Assembly: GCA_000091205.1 (NCBI GenBank)
Contig: AP006498.2
Source: Cyanidioschyzon merolae
Taxonomy: Eukaryota
Length of the DNA: 64,000 nt
Direction: 5' to 3' (one strand)
Positions 62,926-64,000 of the stretch are shown here, piece after piece. Position 1 is the stretch's first letter, and each line of letters opens with the position of its first letter. The notes beneath the pieces were generated by a model. That model saw nothing but the letters and a program-made list of their open reading frames with translations, searched no databases and was not told the DNA's origin. The position numbers and the translations under genes are program-made.

Positions 62926-64000
62926 GGCGTAATAGCACGTTTCAGCGGTAGCGTGCACAACCTGGGCCGCTGGAGAAGCTGGCTTGTCTCGCGGACAGCT
63001 CTGTTTCGTCCGTTTTCACTTCGAGGCGAACGGGCGCTGCTAGCAGATCCCCGATGCCAAAACGACAACGTTGCAGCTCCTCTTCTACCTGTTCAACTGA
63101 GCAGCTCTCATCCAAGGGGCTTGCTTTCGGCAAACTTGGTGTATCGGACAGCGCGATTTATTTGCACGAAACAGTGTTTGCCAGCGACGGCAGCAGAACC
63201 GCCTGTACAGCAGCAGCACCAGCAGCAGCAAGACGGCAACGTTACCGATTCTGCGTGTCATAGGAAGTGCCTCAGTTTTCTGCAGGCCTGGAGCATTCCC
63301 GAGTTCCCGGTAGTGTCCGGGACGCAGCTCGGGGCCTTCCATGGATGGCCGTTGCTCCTGAGAGCCCTCACACATGCGTCTGCTCTGCCGCCACGTCTGT
63401 GTCCCCGCGAGTCCGGTGTGCTCACTGATGCACAGCGCTGGGAGCGCTACCAGCTCCATAATGCTGCCTTAGAGTTTGTCGGGGACCGCGTCCTCAACCT
63501 TTGTGTCGTGGACTGGCTCGTAAGGACACAGCCGTGGAAAACTCAAGGTGCAGACACTGCGCTGTATCGAGGCTCGAATATCAAAGAACGGTTGACGTTC
63601 TATGTACAGCAATATGTGTATAATGCGCATCTGACGGATGTTGCATATCGAATAGGACTTGATCGTATCGTCCGTCGAAGACTCCCTGCTGAAAAGGAGC
63701 ACCCCGGACGCGGCACCGAGCTGGTGCTCGCCAACGCTTTCGAAGCCCTTGTTTGCGCGATATTTCTGGAACACGGTTTTCTCCAAGCACAGAAATTTGT
63801 ACGCCAAACATTATTTGAGGGGCCGGGTTCCTCGCTGAAACAGCCCATGGGAGACTCGTGGCATGCAGACACACGATTTGCTGCGACGGACACAGCTCGG
63901 GTACGACAGGAGGCTGCTGCTCTGGACAGGATGCGGCAGCCAGTTCTGCGACCCCCGCATAATATACCGCTTTCTTCTCATCCCAAGGAGGCTTTGGAAA
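62926..64000 (+). CDS. RNase III-domain protein, partial. The frame is open to the window end and its start is uncertain.
   Basis: It has the RNase III signature NAALEFVGDRVLNL (consensus ERLEFLGD) and a downstream ELVLANAFEALVCAIFLEHGF (consensus ALADAFEALIGAIYLD). The frame is open from about 62926 but has no in-frame ATG before the domain, which begins at about 63410. This may indicate an intron or a non-ATG start. Confidence 0.55.

Overview
This 64-kb window is compact nuclear DNA from an intron-poor, moderately GC-rich (about 55%) eukaryote, probably a protist or alga. About 20 host genes lie on both strands, nearly all as single uninterrupted ORFs. One tRNA-Leu(AAG) gene is also present.

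Host genes:
- a SUV3-like mitochondrial RNA helicase
- a tafazzin-like acyltransferase
- an FKBP-TPR peptidyl-prolyl isomerase
- cytosolic HSP70 with C-terminal GMPGAG repeats and an EEVD end
- an MgtE/CBS magnesium transporter
- an ankyrin-BTB protein
- cytochrome c1
- cytochrome b5
- a NOL/NYC1-like short-chain dehydrogenase
- a class-3 lipase
- a Gfo/Idh/MocA oxidoreductase
- LSm5
- a two-domain SppA protease
- a dual-specificity phosphatase
- a SERAC1-like hydrolase
- a partial RNase III-domain gene at the right edge

The main accessory content is a multi-copy family of Fanzor/TnpB-like genes, eukaryotic homologues of the RNA-guided OMEGA nuclease TnpB. Each has a recognisable RuvC-I motif (GTDPGS), a RuvC-II motif (DEFRTS), a CxxC zinc finger and a RuvC-III motif (NRDFNAAINI). 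Each is followed by a roughly 230-nt conserved non-coding tail that ends in an invariant GCCACTACTGTACA terminus, a good candidate for the guide-RNA (fRNA/omega-RNA) scaffold.

Fanzor-related copies:
- Two near-identical copies (A at about 16.7-19.2 kb, B at about 29.6-32.3 kb) sit inside a 5.2-5.4-kb segmental duplication. The two blocks differ by a 225-bp expansion of a 25-aa acidic coding repeat within the Fanzor ORF.
- A degenerate third copy (C) lies at about 60.25-62.69 kb.
- A truncated fourth copy (D) lies at about 35.73-36.5 kb.
- At least five roughly 500-bp non-autonomous derivatives keep only the element termini and the RuvC-III/tail region.

All four family-1 copies are co-oriented with, and end 0-330 bp upstream of, a host gene start: HSP70, cytochrome c1, cytochrome b5 and the RNase III-like gene.

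The window also contains three tandem satellite arrays with 76-, 71- and 98-bp units, two further dispersed repeat families (R3, R4) and a 41-bp inverted-repeat pair.

The ORF track uses ATG, GTG and TTG starts, so several gene starts were moved to the first in-frame ATG. Hand-located coordinates are approximate to within a few nucleotides.
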